Source: Burkholderiales bacterium (GTDB lineage Bacteria > Pseudomonadota > Gammaproteobacteria > Burkholderiales > SG8-41). Taken from it: DNA of 64,000 bases. Position numbers and translations under genes: made by a program. The stretch is from positions 238,764 to 302,763 of the forward strand of contig JAUXYA010000032.1 of NCBI GenBank assembly GCA_030684405.1, in the 5' to 3' direction. The notes under the pieces were generated by a model. The model had not been told where the DNA came from. It made no database searches and saw only the letters and a program-made list of their open reading frames with translations. Shown here one piece after another: positions 12,068 to 29,771 of this stretch; position 1 is the first letter of the stretch, and each line of letters begins with the position of its first letter.

Positions 12068-14257
12068 TTACAGTTCGGCGGGGTCGACATCCAGGGACCA
12101 GCGTGTCGCGGAGTTGCTTGTTTCAGCCAGCCACTGGTGCCAGATTTTCAAAAATGAGCGCAGTTCGGTGCGCGAGCCGGATTGCACCAGCAGGTGGGCG
12201 CGTTCACGCCCGGCCCTGCGCATCATGCCGGCAGGCACCGGATCGTAGACGGATACGGTGGGCGAAATGCCTCGCGCGGTACGCGCTGCCTTTGCGAGAA
12301 ATTGCAGTGCAGTGTCGATGCTGCGCGCTTCCGATCGGAGCAGGGCCTGATGAACATAAGGTGGAAATCCTGCCTGACGCCGCTCGGCCAGCAACGTCTG
12401 CGCAAAAGTGTCGAAGTCCTGGTGGCGAAGAGCGGCATACAGCGGATGGTCCGCGAACCGGGTCTGCACCAGCACCTGGCCGCGGATATCCGCGCGACCG
12501 GCGCGTCCGGCGACCTGGGAGAGCAGGGCGTAAAGGCGCTCGGGTGCCCGGAAATCGTTGCTGTAGAGCATGCTGTCCGCATTGACGATGCCCACCAGAT
12601 TGAGGCGCGGGAAGTCATGGCCCTTGGCAAGGATCTGGGTGCCGACGAGGATATCGACCGTCCCCTCGCGGATGCGTTCGCGCATGTCCGGCCAGGCATC
12701 CCTGCGCCGCGTGGTGTCACGGTCGATGCGCAGGATGCGTGCCTCGGGAAAGTGGTGAGCCAGCGCAGCTTCGATGCGTTGTGTACCCTGTCCTACCGGC
12801 GCCAGATCGGTATTGCCGCAATCCGGGCAGCTTGCCGGCACGGCACTGTCGTGGCCGCAATGATGGCAGCGCAGACGTCGCTCGGGCAGATGCAATACCA
12901 GCTTTGCCGAGCAGCGCTTGCAGTCGGAAGTCCATCCGCAGCTGCCGCAGATCAGCACCGGCGCATAACCGCGGCGGTTGATGAACACCATGCTCTGCTC
13001 GCCGCGCTCGATCCGCGACGCGATGGCGGTGATCAGTCTGTCGGACAGGCCATCGGCCGTCATGCCCTGCCTCAGGTCGATGCAGTCGATGAGCGGCGGG
13101 CGGGCATTGATGCGTTGTGAAATTCGCAGCAGCTGATAGCGGCCGTCCATGGCATTGCGGTAGGTCTCCAGCGCAGGAGTTGCCGAACCGAGGATGATCG
13201 GCACGCCGGCCTGACGCGCACGGACCACGGCAAGGTCCCGCGCCGAGTAACGGAAACCCTCGCCCTGCTTGAACGAGCCGTCATGCTCCTCATCGACGAT
13301 GATCAGCCCCAGGGCGGGGATCGGCGCGAAGACGGCCAGTCGCGTGCCAAGCACGATGCGCGCCTTTCCGCTGCGCGCAGCTTCCCAGTGGGCGGCGCGT
13401 TCACCATCGGCGAGCCCGCTGTGCAGGGTGGCAACGGGCGTTCCCGGGAACCGCGCAACAATCAGCGACTGCAGTTGCGGAGTGAGCGCGATTTCCGGCA
13501 CCAGCAGCAGCGCCTGGGCATTGCGTGCGAGAGTGGCGGCAATCGCGTGCAAATAGACTTCTGTCTTGCCGCTGCCGGTGATGCCCAGCAGCAGCATCGG
13601 CTGGAATCGTCCCAATGCTGATGCAACTGCCTGGAGCGCCGCAGCTTGCTCGGGATTGAGTGGGGGACCGGCTGCAGCCGCGGGCGCATCCTGCGCAAGG
13701 ACTGGGTCCGGAATGGTGGTTCGGACCCAGCCTTTCTCGAGGAATGTCTGCAAGGCCTTGCGTGTGGCTGCACCTAGTGCGGCAACTGCAGCATGGTCGA
13801 CGACGGGAGCAGATTGCAGCAAGGCCAGCAACCGGTGTGATGCGCGGGCACGCGGGGGCAGGGTTGCCGCGTCGATCGCAGCGCCGGCTGGAGTCAGAGC
13901 GTAGGCTGCGGGTGCCTGATCGCGAAGGCGCACCCGTCGCAAGGTGGCGGGCACCGCCATCATGATGGCGGCACCCAGAGGGTGTACGTAATACCCTGCC
14001 GCGAACTCGAGTAGCCTGAGGTCGGCCTTGCCCAGCAGTGGCTGTTCGTCAAGCACACGGATGGCGTGTTTCAGGCTGGCTTCCGGAACTTCGCTGTGTT
14101 CAGGCTTCGCGACGACGATGCCGATCAGGCGGCGGCGTCCAAACGGTACCAGTACGCGGGTTCCGATTCTGGCGTTGCGGTCGCCACATCGATAATCGAA
14201 CAGGCGGTCGACAGGAACATCGAGTGCGACCCGTATCAGCGTCATGGCAGTCTTCAA
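12068..14257 (-). CDS. priA: Primosomal replication restart helicase PriA
   Basis: Walker A GITGSGKT, a DEEH box, and a Cys-rich zinc-binding insertion; 729 aa. Confidence 0.93.
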   Translation of the reverse strand: MKTAMTLIRVALDVPVDRLFDYRCGDRNARIGTRVLVPFGRRRLIGIVVAKPEHSEVPEASLKHAIRVLDEQPLLGKADLRLLEFAAGYYVHPLGAAIMMAVPATLRRVRLRDQAPAAYALTPAGAAIDAATLPPRARASHRLLALLQSAPVVDHAAVAALGAATRKALQTFLEKGWVRTTIPDPVLAQDAPAAAAGPPLNPEQAAALQAVASALGRFQPMLLLGITGSGKTEVYLHAIAATLARNAQALLLVPEIALTPQLQSLIVARFPGTPVATLHSGLADGERAAHWEAARSGKARIVLGTRLAVFAPIPALGLIIVDEEHDGSFKQGEGFRYSARDLAVVRARQAGVPIILGSATPALETYRNAMDGRYQLLRISQRINARPPLIDCIDLRQGMTADGLSDRLITAIASRIERGEQSMVFINRRGYAPVLICGSCGWTSDCKRCSAKLVLHLPERRLRCHHCGHDSAVPASCPDCGNTDLAPVGQGTQRIEAALAHHFPEARILRIDRDTTRRRDAWPDMRERIREGTVDILVGTQILAKGHDFPRLNLVGIVNADSMLYSNDFRAPERLYALLSQVAGRAGRADIRGQVLVQTRFADHPLYAALRHQDFDTFAQTLLAERRQAGFPPYVHQALLRSEARSIDTALQFLAKAARTARGISPTVSVYDPVPAGMMRRAGRERAHLLVQSGSRTELRSFLKIWHQWLAETSNSATRWSLDVDPAEL

Positions 14258-14418
14258 CCCTCTGCTGCTCCGTGTTCAGCCGGAGATTCGAAATGCAGTC
14301 CAACTGCTTTACAGACAAGGATTTTTTGTCTCACTGTGCTGTGGATAAGTCTGTTGACTAAATCCCTGCCCTGACAGCCGGTCAGTCGTCAGCCAAAATT
14401 CGGGGTCAAACGTAATTC

Positions 14419-14436
14419 AATAAAAACAATGAGTTA
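14419..14436 (+). repeat. AT-rich 18-mer motif copy b (AATAAAAACAATGAGTTA), priA-hemE intergenic
   Basis: Same family. It is preceded by TTC, as in copy a (TTCAATAAAA). Confidence 0.7.
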
Positions 14437-14535
14437 TATAAAATCTTGGTGTGCGCAGTTGCAATCAGGGCGGTAACGGCCCCTAAGTCCTTGTGTGCAT
14501 AAGCGTTTTATCGTGCCGTGAGCTTGGCGGCGCAA

Positions 14536-15597
14536 TCAATGATAGGCGCAACTGAGATCGTGCACCGCATCGACCAGCACACCCACGTGGTCGGGCGGTG
14601 TGAATTGCGAAATGCCGTGGCCGAGGTTGAATACATGGCCGTTGCCATGGCCAAAATCGCGCAATACCTTGCCGGCTTCGGCGCGGATCGTTGCAGGATC
14701 GCTGAACAGCACCGCAGGATCGAGATTGCCCTGAAGCGCTGCCTGATTGCCAATCCGCCGCCGTGCAGCGCCGATGTTGACGGTCCAGTCCAGTCCCACG
14801 GCATTGCAGCCGATTGCAGCGATGTCTTCAAGCCAGAGTCCGCCACCCTTGGTGAACACGATACTCGGCACTGGTTCGCCATTCCATTCGCGGTGCAGGC
14901 CGCTGATCACGCGACGCAGGTATTCGAGGGAAAACTGGTGGTAGGCCGCGTCGGACAGCGCGCCGCCCCAAGTGTCGAACACCATGACCGCCTGCGCGCC
15001 GGCCTCGATCTGTGCATTGAGGTAGGCGATGACGGCCCGTGCATTGATATCGAGCATGTGGTGGAGCAGGTCCGGCCGCGCGTAGAGCATGCTCTTGATG
15101 TTGCGGAAATCATCGCTGCCACCGCCTTCGATCATGTAACAGGCCAGCGTGTAAGGGCTGCCGGAAAATCCGATCAGGGGCACGCTGCCGCCGAGGGCGC
15201 CGCGGATCTGTTTCACGGCATCCAGCACATAGCCCAGGCTTTCTCGCGGCTCCGGTACGCGCAGCGCGTGGATCGCGGTTTCATCACGCAGGGGCCTCTC
15301 AAACTTGGGTCCTTCCCCTTCGGCGAAATAGAGGCCGAGGCCCATCGCGTCGGGCACGGTCAGGATGTCGGAGAACAGGATGGCCGCATCAAGCGGAAAA
15401 CGCGCCAGCGGCTGCAGGGTGACTTCGGTAGCGAAATCGGGGTTCTTGGCGAGGCCGAGGAAACTGCCGGCGCGTTTGCGGGTGGCGTTATATTCCGGTA
15501 GGTAGCGTCCGGCCTGGCGCATGATCCACACGGGCGTGTAGGGCACCGGCTGGCGCAGCAGCGCGCGGATGAAGGTGTTGTTCTTCAGTGCCGCCAT
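14536..15597 (-). CDS. hemE: Uroporphyrinogen decarboxylase
   Basis: [15 protein letters not shown] motif and full-length URO-D similarity; 353 aa. Confidence 0.95.
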   Translation of the reverse strand: MAALKNNTFIRALLRQPVPYTPVWIMRQAGRYLPEYNATRKRAGSFLGLAKNPDFATEVTLQPLARFPLDAAILFSDILTVPDAMGLGLYFAEGEGPKFERPLRDETAIHALRVPEPRESLGYVLDAVKQIRGALGGSVPLIGFSGSPYTLACYMIEGGGSDDFRNIKSMLYARPDLLHHMLDINARAVIAYLNAQIEAGAQAVMVFDTWGGALSDAAYHQFSLEYLRRVISGLHREWNGEPVPSIVFTKGGGLWLEDIAAIGCNAVGLDWTVNIGAARRRIGNQAALQGNLDPAVLFSDPATIRAEAGKVLRDFGHGNGHVFNLGHGISQFTPPDHVGVLVDAVHDLSCAYH

Positions 15598-17019
<1,422 letters not shown>

Positions 17020-17091
17020 AGCTGTATTGCCCCTGAAACATCAGGCCCATGAAGGGCCGAAAGTCGTGGTTCCGTGAGTTCTGAAGCGGCG

Positions 17092-21750
<4,659 letters not shown>

Positions 21751-21772
21751 CGGGCGCCTCGTCAAAAACACA

Positions 21773-21790
21773 TTTAAAATCAATGGGTTA
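21773..21790 (+). repeat. AT-rich 18-mer motif copy d (TTTAAAATCAATGGGTTA), upstream of gltB
   Basis: Full WATCAANNNNTTR match, and its 15-mer is identical to copy a. It lies 23 nt from the gltB start, on the opposite strand to the gene. Confidence 0.7.
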
Positions 21791-21918
21791 TGCGCGATAT
21801 TGTTGCGGCGCGCCAGAGCCCGGAAATCAATGTGCGAAAAACGGAGTGAAACCCGATAAGTCTACCTGCATCAAAGGCTTGGTTCAACCGTCGAAAGCGG
21901 CAAATTGAGGAGAAAATC

Positions 21919-23040
21919 TCAACTGATGTCGATGGCAAACAGGCGTCGATGTTCGACGATGGCATAACGGTCGGTCATGCCGGCAATGTAGTCGGCAATC
22001 GCGCGCGGGGTATCTGCCTGCGCCCGCGACTGGAATTCCGGGGGCAGCAGCCCGGGTTCGGAAAAAAACGCCTCGAAAAGCTCGCTAACGATCCGGCGCG
22101 CCTTGCTGCTCATGCGGGATACCTGGTAGTGCCGGTAGAGGTTGGATCGCAGGAATTGCTTCAGCTCGGACTGCTCTTCGCGAATGCGTTCGGAAAAGCA
22201 GATCATGGGCGGTCCTCGCCGCACATCGTCCAGGGATTCCGGACCGTGTTCCCGGATGGTTTTGGCACTTTGCCGTACGAGGTCGGTGACCAGAGTATCG
22301 ATCATGCGCCTGACGGTCTCGTGCACCAGGCGCCTGCCTTCGATCCGGGGAAATTCGCTCAACGCGGCACGCATGTGGCGGCGGAAAATGCCGACCGTGG
22401 ACAGCTGCTCCATTTGGAGTAGGCCCGACCGGAGACCGTCATCTACATCATGGTTGTTGTAGGCGATTTCGTCGGCGAGGTTCGCGACCTGTGCCTCAAG
22501 ACCCGGGCGCTGTCGCCGGATGAAGCGTTCGCCGACATCGCCGAGCGCGCGCGCGTTCTTAAGGGAGCAGTGTTTGAGGATGCCTTCACGGGTTTCAAAG
22601 GTCAGATTAAGCCCGTCGAACGCGCCATAACGCTGCTCCAGCACATCGACCACGCGCAGGGATTGCAGATTGTGCTCGAACCCCCCATACGGTTTCATGC
22701 AGGCGTTGAGCGCATCCTGTCCGCTATGACCGAAGGGGGTATGCCCGAGATCATGTGCCAGCGTGATGGCTTCGGTGAGGTCCTCGTCCAGCCTGAGGTG
22801 TCGTGCCACCGAGCGCCCGATCTGCGCCACCTCCAGGCTGTGGGTCAGGCGGGTGCGAAAGAGGTCGCCTTCATGGTTCACAAAAACCTGGGTCTTGTAT
22901 TCGAGGCGGCGGAAGGCCGTCGAGTGGATGATGCGATCGCGGTCCCGCTGGTACTCGGTACGTCCTCGCGGTGCCGGCTCGCGCAGCCTGCGGCCGCGGG
23001 ACCTTGCCGCGTCGGATGCGTAGGGCGCCTTGTCAACGGG
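21919..23040 (-). CDS. Deoxyguanosinetriphosphate triphosphohydrolase-like HD-domain protein
   Basis: HD motif …[10 protein letters not shown]…[10 protein letters not shown]. The internal start MPVDKAPY at 23040 overlaps the aroB stop by 8 nt; the ORF is open to 23097. Confidence 0.85.
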   Translation of the reverse strand, partial: PVDKAPYASDAARSRGRRLREPAPRGRTEYQRDRDRIIHSTAFRRLEYKTQVFVNHEGDLFRTRLTHSLEVAQIGRSVARHLRLDEDLTEAITLAHDLGHTPFGHSGQDALNACMKPYGGFEHNLQSLRVVDVLEQRYGAFDGLNLTFETREGILKHCSLKNARALGDVGERFIRRQRPGLEAQVANLADEIAYNNHDVDDGLRSGLLQMEQLSTVGIFRRHMRAALSEFPRIEGRRLVHETVRRMIDTLVTDLVRQSAKTIREHGPESLDDVRRGPPMICFSERIREEQSELKQFLRSNLYRHYQVSRMSSKARRIVSELFEAFFSEPGLLPPEFQSRAQADTPRAIADYIAGMTDRYAIVEHRRLFAIDIS

Positions 23041-24148
23041 CATCGACACCGTCACCACCCAGCACCGAACGCAGTGCATTGCCCGGGACTGCATCACTGA
23101 TAAAGGCGTCCCCTATGCCACGCAGCAGAATAAAGCGCATCCTGCCACCTTCGACCTTCTTGTCATGCCCCATCAACTCGAGATAGCGGTCCTCTCCAAG
23201 CGCCGGACCCCGAACCGGAAGCCTTGCTTTTCGCAGCAGTTCGTCGATGCGCCCTACGCAACCACTGTCAAGAAGTCCCATTTGCCGGGAAACACGCGCG
23301 GCGATGGCCATTCCTGCGCCGACAGCTTCACCATGCAACCACTCGCCATAACCCAGTCCGGACTCGATTGCGTGCCCGAAGGTGTGGCCAAAGTTCAGCA
23401 GAGCCCGCACGCCTTCTTCGCGTTCGTCCATGGTCACGATCCGAGCCTTGTTACGGCAGGATACTTCGATGGCGTGCGTCAATGCAGCGGCATCGCGCGC
23501 CAACAGGCGCTCCATGTTCCCTTCCAGCCATTTGAAAAACTCGGCGTCTCCGATCAGTCCGTATTTGATAACTTCGGCCAGACCCGCTGAGAGTTCGCGT
23601 TCCGGCAGGGTGCGCAGCGTGTCTGTGTCGGCAATGACTACTCGCGGCTGGTAAAACGCGCCAATCATGTTTTTGCCCAGCGGGTGGTTGATCGCGGTTT
23701 TCCCGCCCACCGAGGAGTCCACCTGGGATAGCAGGGTGGTTGGCACCTGCACGAAGGGCGTCCCCCGTTGAAAAACCGCTGCAGCGAAGCCCGCAAGGTC
23801 GCCAATGACTCCCCCGCCAAGGGCAATCAGCGTGGTCTTCCGTTCCGCGCGGAATCCCATCAGGGCATCGAAGACGTGGTTCAGGGTTTGCCAGTTCTTG
23901 TGCTCTTCGCCGTCCGGCAATACGATCGATGTGGACGCAATCTGCTGCCGCGACAGGCTTTCCTGCAGTTTATTCAGGTAAAGCGGTGCCACGACGGTAT
24001 TGGTAATGATCACTACAGAGGGTTGCGGCAAGTGCAGCCCGACCAGATCCCCCCTGTCGAGCAGGTCGGGACCGATGTGAATCGGATAGCTCCGGTTGCC
24101 GAGCTCGACGCCAACAGTGCAGGTGGGTTCAGTTGCAGCCATGCTCAT
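23033..24148 (-). CDS. aroB: 3-dehydroquinate synthase
   Basis: Full-length AroB similarity (…[14 protein letters not shown]…). The start at 24148 or 24142 overlaps the aroK 3' end. Confidence 0.92.
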   Translation of the reverse strand: MSMAATEPTCTVGVELGNRSYPIHIGPDLLDRGDLVGLHLPQPSVVIITNTVVAPLYLNKLQESLSRQQIASTSIVLPDGEEHKNWQTLNHVFDALMGFRAERKTTLIALGGGVIGDLAGFAAAVFQRGTPFVQVPTTLLSQVDSSVGGKTAINHPLGKNMIGAFYQPRVVIADTDTLRTLPERELSAGLAEVIKYGLIGDAEFFKWLEGNMERLLARDAAALTHAIEVSCRNKARIVTMDEREEGVRALLNFGHTFGHAIESGLGYGEWLHGEAVGAGMAIAARVSRQMGLLDSGCVGRIDELLRKARLPVRGPALGEDRYLELMGHDKKVEGGRMRFILLRGIGDAFISDAVPGNALRSVLGGDGVDAR

Positions 24149-24728
24149 GTCCTTGTGCTGCCTGCGGAGCGGATTCATCCAAGCGATCCAGCAAAGCCTG
24201 GATCCTTGAGGTCAGCGTGCCGACGCTCTGCGCCCCGGTATCCACGACGAGGTCGGCCACATCGGTGTAAAGGGGATCACGCTGGGCATGCAGGTCGCGC
24301 AGGCGGGCCAGCGGGTTCGCGGTTTGCAGCAGCGGCCGGTTGCGGTCCCGGCGCGTACGACGCCAGAGATCTTCGGGCGCAGCACGCAGATAAATGACCC
24401 GACCGTTCTGCTTGAGGCGGGCGCGGTTGGTCGGCGAGAGCACCGCGCCCCCCCCGGTTGCCAGCACGATACCCTGCATCGCCGTCAGCTTTTCGATCAT
24501 TTTTTCTTCCCGGGCGCGAAAACCGCTTTCCCCCTCGATATCGAAGATCACGGGGATTTTGACGCCGGTGGCCCTTTCGATCTCTGCGTCGGCATCGTAG
24601 AACTCGCGGTGAATACGTTTTGCGAGCATGCGGCCGACTGAGGTTTTGCCGGCACCCATGAGCCCCACCAGAAATATGTTCTGTGGAGCATCTGAGTTAT
24701 TGGAGAGGGCATCAGCTTCCCGTGACAT
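24129..24728 (-). CDS. aroK: Shikimate kinase
   Basis: Walker [12 protein letters not shown] and conserved aroK-aroB order; 199 aa. Confidence 0.9.
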   Translation of the reverse strand: MSREADALSNNSDAPQNIFLVGLMGAGKTSVGRMLAKRIHREFYDADAEIERATGVKIPVIFDIEGESGFRAREEKMIEKLTAMQGIVLATGGGAVLSPTNRARLKQNGRVIYLRAAPEDLWRRTRRDRNRPLLQTANPLARLRDLHAQRDPLYTDVADLVVDTGAQSVGTLTSRIQALLDRLDESAPQAAQGHEHGCN

Positions 24729-24771
24729 GGCGTGATTTTAGCGGAAGCACAGAGGCAGACGTCTGGAAACC

Positions 24772-24808
24772 GTTGAAAGAAAAAGGGCGGCGCCTTGGCG
24801 CCGCCCTT
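24772..24808 (-). terminator. Rho-independent terminator downstream of pilQ
   Basis: Perfect 10-bp GC stem GGGCGGCGCC/GGCGCCGCCC. On the minus strand it is followed by TTTTTCTTTC. Confidence 0.6.
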
Positions 24809-24824
24809 GCCGGAAACAGGGGGA

Positions 24825-26936
24825 TTAACGCAAGGTCGCGCTATCCTTGAGTATCTTGGGCGAAATGAAAATCAGCAGCTCGCGCCGGTCATCCACACGT
24901 TGGTTGTTCTTGAACAGGAATCCCACATACGGCAGATCGCCCAGCACGGGGACCTTGGTGGTCGTGGAGCGCTCGTCCTGGGTATAAATACCGCCGATGA
25001 CGACGGTGCCGCCGTTTTCGACCAGAACCTCGGTCGAAACCTGTTTGGTGTCAATGGACGGACCGGACAGCGTATTCTGGCCGACGCTGTCCTTGTTGAT
25101 CCGCAGGTTCATAATCACGTTGTCATCCGGGGTGATCTGAGGCTTCACCTTCAGAGAAAGCGTAGCCTTGCGGAAAGACACTGCGGTCGCGCCGCTGGAA
25201 GTGGCCTGCTGATAGGGTATTTCCGTGCCCTGTTCGATCGTCGCCTCAATCTTGTCGGCCGTGATTACGCGCGGGCTGGAAATTATCTTTCCTTTGCCGT
25301 CAGCTTGCAGCGCGGAGAGTTCCAGATTGAGGAACTTGGTGCTGCGGTCATTGAACAGCAGGAAGGAGAATACGCCGGGATTCGCTCCAGAGAGTCCCTG
25401 CGCCGGGAGATTGACGAAGAGGCCGTCATTGAAGGATCCGGCGGTCGCGTTCTGGCCTGATCTGGCGGCGTTGTTTGCAAGACCGCCCCCGACCGAACCT
25501 TGCAGGGCATTACCACTGCCGATCCGGAATCCCTGCCCCGTGGTGTCGTTGAATCCGAGGCGGGCGCCCAGGTTGCGGCTGAAGGTGTCATTCGCTTCCA
25601 CGATGCGCGACTCGATCATGACCTGACGCACCGGAATGTCGATCTGCTTGAGCAGTTTGCGAATTTCCTCAAGCCGGCTTGGCGTGTCCTGCACGAACAC
25701 CGTGTTCGTGCGGACGTCAACCACCGCACTGCCCCGCTTCGACAGGATCTTTTGCGCAGGTTCCGTCAGCAGTTTCTGGAAATCGGCAGCCTTCTGGTAG
25801 TTGACCTGCATGCTCTCGGTGCGCAGCGGCTCGAGGTCGGCAATTTGGGACCGCGCTTCCAGCGCCAGCTTTTCGCGCGTGGCCAGTTCATCGCGCGGGG
25901 CGATCCAGACGACATTGCCGGTCTTGCGCATGTCGAGGCCCTTGCTCTGCAGGATGATGTCAAGCGCCTGATCCCAGGGCACATCTTTCAGTCGCAGCGT
26001 CAGGCTGCCACCAACCGTGTCGCTGGTGATGACATTGAGACCGGTGAAGTCGGCAATGACCTGCAACACGGCGCGCACTTCGACGTTTTGGAAGTTGAGC
26101 GAGAGTTTTTCCCCCGTGAAGCCCGGCTGGACCAGCCGGTTGGCGTCATCGGCGACTTTCTTTACCTCGATGATGAAGCGGTTATCGGTCTGATAGGCGG
26201 AGTGTTCCCAAGCGCCGCGCGGGGTGATGACCATCCGTGTGTTTCCACCCTGCGTGAACGTCTCGATGCTGTCGACCGGCGTGCCGAAATCGACCACGTC
26301 GAGGCGACGCTCCAGATTCTTGGGCACCGCGGTATTGATGAAGTCGATGATCAGTGAGCGGCCCTGGGAGCGCAGGTCGATACCAACCTGATTATCCGAA
26401 AGGTCCACGACGACCCGGCCTTCACCGGTCTTCCCGCGGCGGAAATCAATGTCCCGCAGGCTGTGCCGGCCGTCCCCCGGCTGCGCCTGGGCAAAGGTTT
26501 GCGCTACAGGTGCCGGGGCGCTGGCTGTGGCTGAGCCACCCAAGGTAATCAGGATCGCGTTACCTTCGATCCTGGCGTCATAGCCCAGAGGTCGTGCGGT
26601 TTCGAGAACGAGGCGCGAGCGATTTCCGGCTTGGACGATGTTGATGCGCCGGACATCGCCTTCGCCGATCTCCTGAACATTCTTGCCCGAACCATTGGTG
26701 GTGTTCGGAAAATCGAATGCGATTCGCGGCGGGCTGGTGACGGCAAAGCTCGCGGGGGTTGCTGTGGGCGCATTCCTCAGAACGACACGGATCAGCGTAG
26801 AGCCGCCCTGCTGTCCCGAAACATTGACTGATTCAATGTTGTTGTTCTGGGCATGGACCGTCGTGGCAGACACGGCAATGCCGGTCGCCAGAAGCAACCC
26901 GGAAACATGTTTCAATAAACTGAAAAATCGAATCAT
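24825..26936 (-). CDS. pilQ: Type IV pilus secretin PilQ
   Basis: 703 aa with a signal peptide, N-terminal AMIN-like repeats and a C-terminal secretin domain; last gene of pilMNOPQ. Confidence 0.92.
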   Translation of the reverse strand: MIRFFSLLKHVSGLLLATGIAVSATTVHAQNNNIESVNVSGQQGGSTLIRVVLRNAPTATPASFAVTSPPRIAFDFPNTTNGSGKNVQEIGEGDVRRINIVQAGNRSRLVLETARPLGYDARIEGNAILITLGGSATASAPAPVAQTFAQAQPGDGRHSLRDIDFRRGKTGEGRVVVDLSDNQVGIDLRSQGRSLIIDFINTAVPKNLERRLDVVDFGTPVDSIETFTQGGNTRMVITPRGAWEHSAYQTDNRFIIEVKKVADDANRLVQPGFTGEKLSLNFQNVEVRAVLQVIADFTGLNVITSDTVGGSLTLRLKDVPWDQALDIILQSKGLDMRKTGNVVWIAPRDELATREKLALEARSQIADLEPLRTESMQVNYQKAADFQKLLTEPAQKILSKRGSAVVDVRTNTVFVQDTPSRLEEIRKLLKQIDIPVRQVMIESRIVEANDTFSRNLGARLGFNDTTGQGFRIGSGNALQGSVGGGLANNAARSGQNATAGSFNDGLFVNLPAQGLSGANPGVFSFLLFNDRSTKFLNLELSALQADGKGKIISSPRVITADKIEATIEQGTEIPYQQATSSGATAVSFRKATLSLKVKPQITPDDNVIMNLRINKDSVGQNTLSGPSIDTKQVSTEVLVENGGTVVIGGIYTQDERSTTTKVPVLGDLPYVGFLFKNNQRVDDRRELLIFISPKILKDSATLR

Positions 26937-27463
26937 TTTCTAGCCTCCTGTTCTTGCAGTAGCAGTGCCTGGTCCTTCTCTTCCCAATTGCCGCCACTGT
27001 CCTGAACGATTTCCTTAAGTTTGATGTCTGTTTCCGTGATGCCGACGATGCGGCCGAAATTCTGGCCAAGATAATTTCCCGAGCTCACTCGGTAGAGGCC
27101 CTTGTCGGGTGCACGCACCAGGGCATACATCTGCCCCTTTTGCTGCAGCGTTCCGACCATCGCCAGATTTTCCAGAGGGAAAGCCTCCAGCGCCTCGCGC
27201 TGACGGTTGAGGTCCGGTTGCAGGCCGCCTTTGGCCGCCGATCTCGGGGGTTCGATCTTGCGCGGCTTGAACGGGTCGGTCAGATCGTATGCATTGTAGG
27301 CAAATGGCTCGTAGGGCTTCACTTCCGGCAAGGGGGGGATGCGGCCGCCCTGCATCCTGTCGGATTCCCTGACGAATTCCCGCAGGTCGGAATGTTCCTC
27401 GCTGCCACAGGAGGCCAAGGTCATCGCACCGAGAGCAGCGATCAGAATCAATCTGGATTTCAT
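26933..27463 (-). CDS. pilP: Type IV pilus assembly lipoprotein PilP
   Basis: Lipobox LASC, 176 aa, positioned between pilO and pilQ with 4-nt overlaps. Confidence 0.8.
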   Translation of the reverse strand: MKSRLILIAALGAMTLASCGSEEHSDLREFVRESDRMQGGRIPPLPEVKPYEPFAYNAYDLTDPFKPRKIEPPRSAAKGGLQPDLNRQREALEAFPLENLAMVGTLQQKGQMYALVRAPDKGLYRVSSGNYLGQNFGRIVGITETDIKLKEIVQDSGGNWEEKDQALLLQEQEARK

Positions 27464-28083
27464 CTTTTGCCTCCCGGCGCCGGTTTTTTCCGTGCTGCGG
27501 CAATTTCAGCTTCGTCGAGATAGCGGAAAGTCTTGGCGGTTGCGTCCAGGGTCAGCCCGTCCTTTGCCGCCGCCAGCGAGATGTCGTTCAGCGTCACAAT
27601 CCGGGACAGTCTGCCGATATCGCTCGCGAATGCCCCGAGATCGTGGTAATTGCCTGTGACGCGGATCGTAATCGGGAGTTCGGCGTAAAAATCACGCATC
27701 GTTTCCTGGGCCGCAGGACGGAACAGTTCGAATTGCAGGCCGCGGCCCAGCCCCGCCTGATTGATGTCCGTCAGCAAAGCATCCATTTCCGATTTGCCAG
27801 GCAGTTGCTTGAGCAGCGCTCCGAACTGCGACTCGATGTCCACCAGCTGTTTGCGATACGCAGGGAGATCGATGGCTTGTTTCTTCTTGCTGAGGAAGGT
27901 GCTGCGCAACTGTTCTTCCTTCGCACGCGCCTCGTCGATCTGTGCCATCTGGTTCTGCCAATCGAACCAGTATGCCGCGAACACGAGCAGCAGCAACAAG
28001 CCCAGGAGGACGCCGAATTTCGGCAGGATCGGCCAGCTGCCGATTTTCTTCGGATCCAGGCGTTTGAGTTCGTCGAGGGTCAT
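27460..28083 (-). CDS. pilO: Type IV pilus assembly protein PilO
   Basis: Single N-terminal TM helix plus coiled coil, and operon position. Confidence 0.8.
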   Translation of the reverse strand: MTLDELKRLDPKKIGSWPILPKFGVLLGLLLLLVFAAYWFDWQNQMAQIDEARAKEEQLRSTFLSKKKQAIDLPAYRKQLVDIESQFGALLKQLPGKSEMDALLTDINQAGLGRGLQFELFRPAAQETMRDFYAELPITIRVTGNYHDLGAFASDIGRLSRIVTLNDISLAAAKDGLTLDATAKTFRYLDEAEIAAARKKPAPGGKR

Positions 28084-28086
28084 GAT

Positions 28087-28668
28087 CTAGCCCTTCCTGC
28101 CGCTTTTGCTGGCATCCGAATCGGTGGCGCGTATTACATCGACGTTCATCGTGAACTCGTTGATGCGGGCCCCGCCAACGGTCGCAGCTTTGATTTCGAC
28201 AAGATTGGCGTTCTGGATGTACAGGGAGCCTTCCAGGTTGCGCATCAATGTTGAGACCCGCGCCTGGGACTGGGTATATCCGCTGATGGCGACCTTGGTC
28301 CCGCTCTGCTTGATGGACCTCAGGTACATGCCGTCAGGCAGTTGGCGGATAAGCTGGTCCATCAGGTGCACGACTTCCGCCCGGTTGCTCTGAAGCGTTT
28401 CGACCACCTGTTTGCGCTTGAGCAGGGCCGCGGTCTGCTCCTTGAGTTTGTTGATCTCCGCTATTTCCTTGTCGAGCTTGACGATTTCGTCCGACAGATA
28501 CTTGTTGCGCGCCTCCTGGTTGGTGAACTGGCCATCGAGGTAAGAGTGCACCACGAACCAGATCACCCCGCTCAGGACAACCACCGCGCCAAGCATGAAG
28601 AAGAATTGCTGCTGCTGCTGCTTGCGCCGCATCTCCCGATGCGGCAGCAGATTTATGCGAGTGGTCAT
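28087..28668 (-). CDS. pilN: Type IV pilus assembly protein PilN
   Basis: Conserved INLLPHRE N-terminus plus a TM helix. ATG at 28668 overlaps the pilM stop (ATGA). Confidence 0.8.
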   Translation of the reverse strand: MTTRINLLPHREMRRKQQQQQFFFMLGAVVVLSGVIWFVVHSYLDGQFTNQEARNKYLSDEIVKLDKEIAEINKLKEQTAALLKRKQVVETLQSNRAEVVHLMDQLIRQLPDGMYLRSIKQSGTKVAISGYTQSQARVSTLMRNLEGSLYIQNANLVEIKAATVGGARINEFTMNVDVIRATDSDASKSGRKG

Positions 28669-29771
28669 TTGTCGAACCTCCGCAGGGCAAGGCCGCAAGC
28701 AACCATCAGCGAGGGCGCGTCCTGCTTAAGGCCCTTTTCGCGGATGCGGTTGGATAGGGCCATCCCGGAGAAAGGGTTTGCGACAGACGTTTCCACCTGG
28801 GTTCTCTTGGCGACCGCATCGTCCATGCCGGGGATCGCCGCGCAACCGCCTGACAGAACAATGTAATCGACCTTGTTGAACTGGGTTGATGAAAAGAAGA
28901 ACTGTATGGCTCTCGCGATTTCCTGGCCCAGTGTGTCCATGAACGGAAGCAGTACTTCCGACTCGTAGTTTTCCGGAAGACCGCCGGCGCGTTTTGCCGC
29001 CTCTGCTTCCTCCGCAGAGAGCCCGAACTTGTTCTGGATTTCCTGGGTCAGCTGAGCGCCACCGAAAGGCTGTTCGCGCATGTATACCGACTGGTCGTTG
29101 CGCAGCACGTTCACATTCATGGTCGACGCGCCGATATCAACGACCGCGATATTGAGGTCGCGGCCACGCTCGGGCATGCTGGCCTCGATCAGTTCAAAGG
29201 CGGATTGGGCCGCGAACAGGTCGACGTCCATGACCAGGGCTTTGAGTCCCGCGCCTTCAGCAACGGCAACGCGGTCTTCGATCTTGTCTTTGCGCGAGGC
29301 GGCAATGAGCACTTCGACGTCTTCTGCGCTGTTGGGCGCAGGCCCCAGCACCTGATAGTCGAGGTTCACTTCCTCGATCGCGAACGGAATGTATTCGTTG
29401 GCAGCCCGTTCAACGTCCATTTCAAGGTCGTCCTCGGTTTGCCCGGCCGGAACCAGCACTTTCTTGCTGATAACCGCCGCATTGGGCAGCGCCAACGCCA
29501 GATTTTTCAGGTTGCTGCCCAGACGTTTGTGGCAGCGCTTGACTGCCTCGATCACCGCATCCAGGTTGTTGATGTTGCCTTCCACCACCGACTCACTGGG
29601 CAACGGCTCGATAGCATAGCGCTCCAGACGGTAAACGCCCTTGCCGGCATCGGCGATTTCGACCATCTTGACGGCGGAAGAGCTGATGTCGGCGCCGATC
29701 AATGGCGGCATCTTGGGTTTGAACCAACCCTCGATGGCGTCAAAGTTTATATTAAGTTTTCCTTTGGCCAT
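28665..29771 (-). CDS. pilM: Type IV pilus assembly ATPase-fold protein PilM
   Basis: 368 aa with an actin/FtsA-like fold; first gene of the pil operon. Confidence 0.9.
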   Translation of the reverse strand: MAKGKLNINFDAIEGWFKPKMPPLIGADISSSAVKMVEIADAGKGVYRLERYAIEPLPSESVVEGNINNLDAVIEAVKRCHKRLGSNLKNLALALPNAAVISKKVLVPAGQTEDDLEMDVERAANEYIPFAIEEVNLDYQVLGPAPNSAEDVEVLIAASRKDKIEDRVAVAEGAGLKALVMDVDLFAAQSAFELIEASMPERGRDLNIAVVDIGASTMNVNVLRNDQSVYMREQPFGGAQLTQEIQNKFGLSAEEAEAAKRAGGLPENYESEVLLPFMDTLGQEIARAIQFFFSSTQFNKVDYIVLSGGCAAIPGMDDAVAKRTQVETSVANPFSGMALSNRIREKGLKQDAPSLMVACGLALRRFDK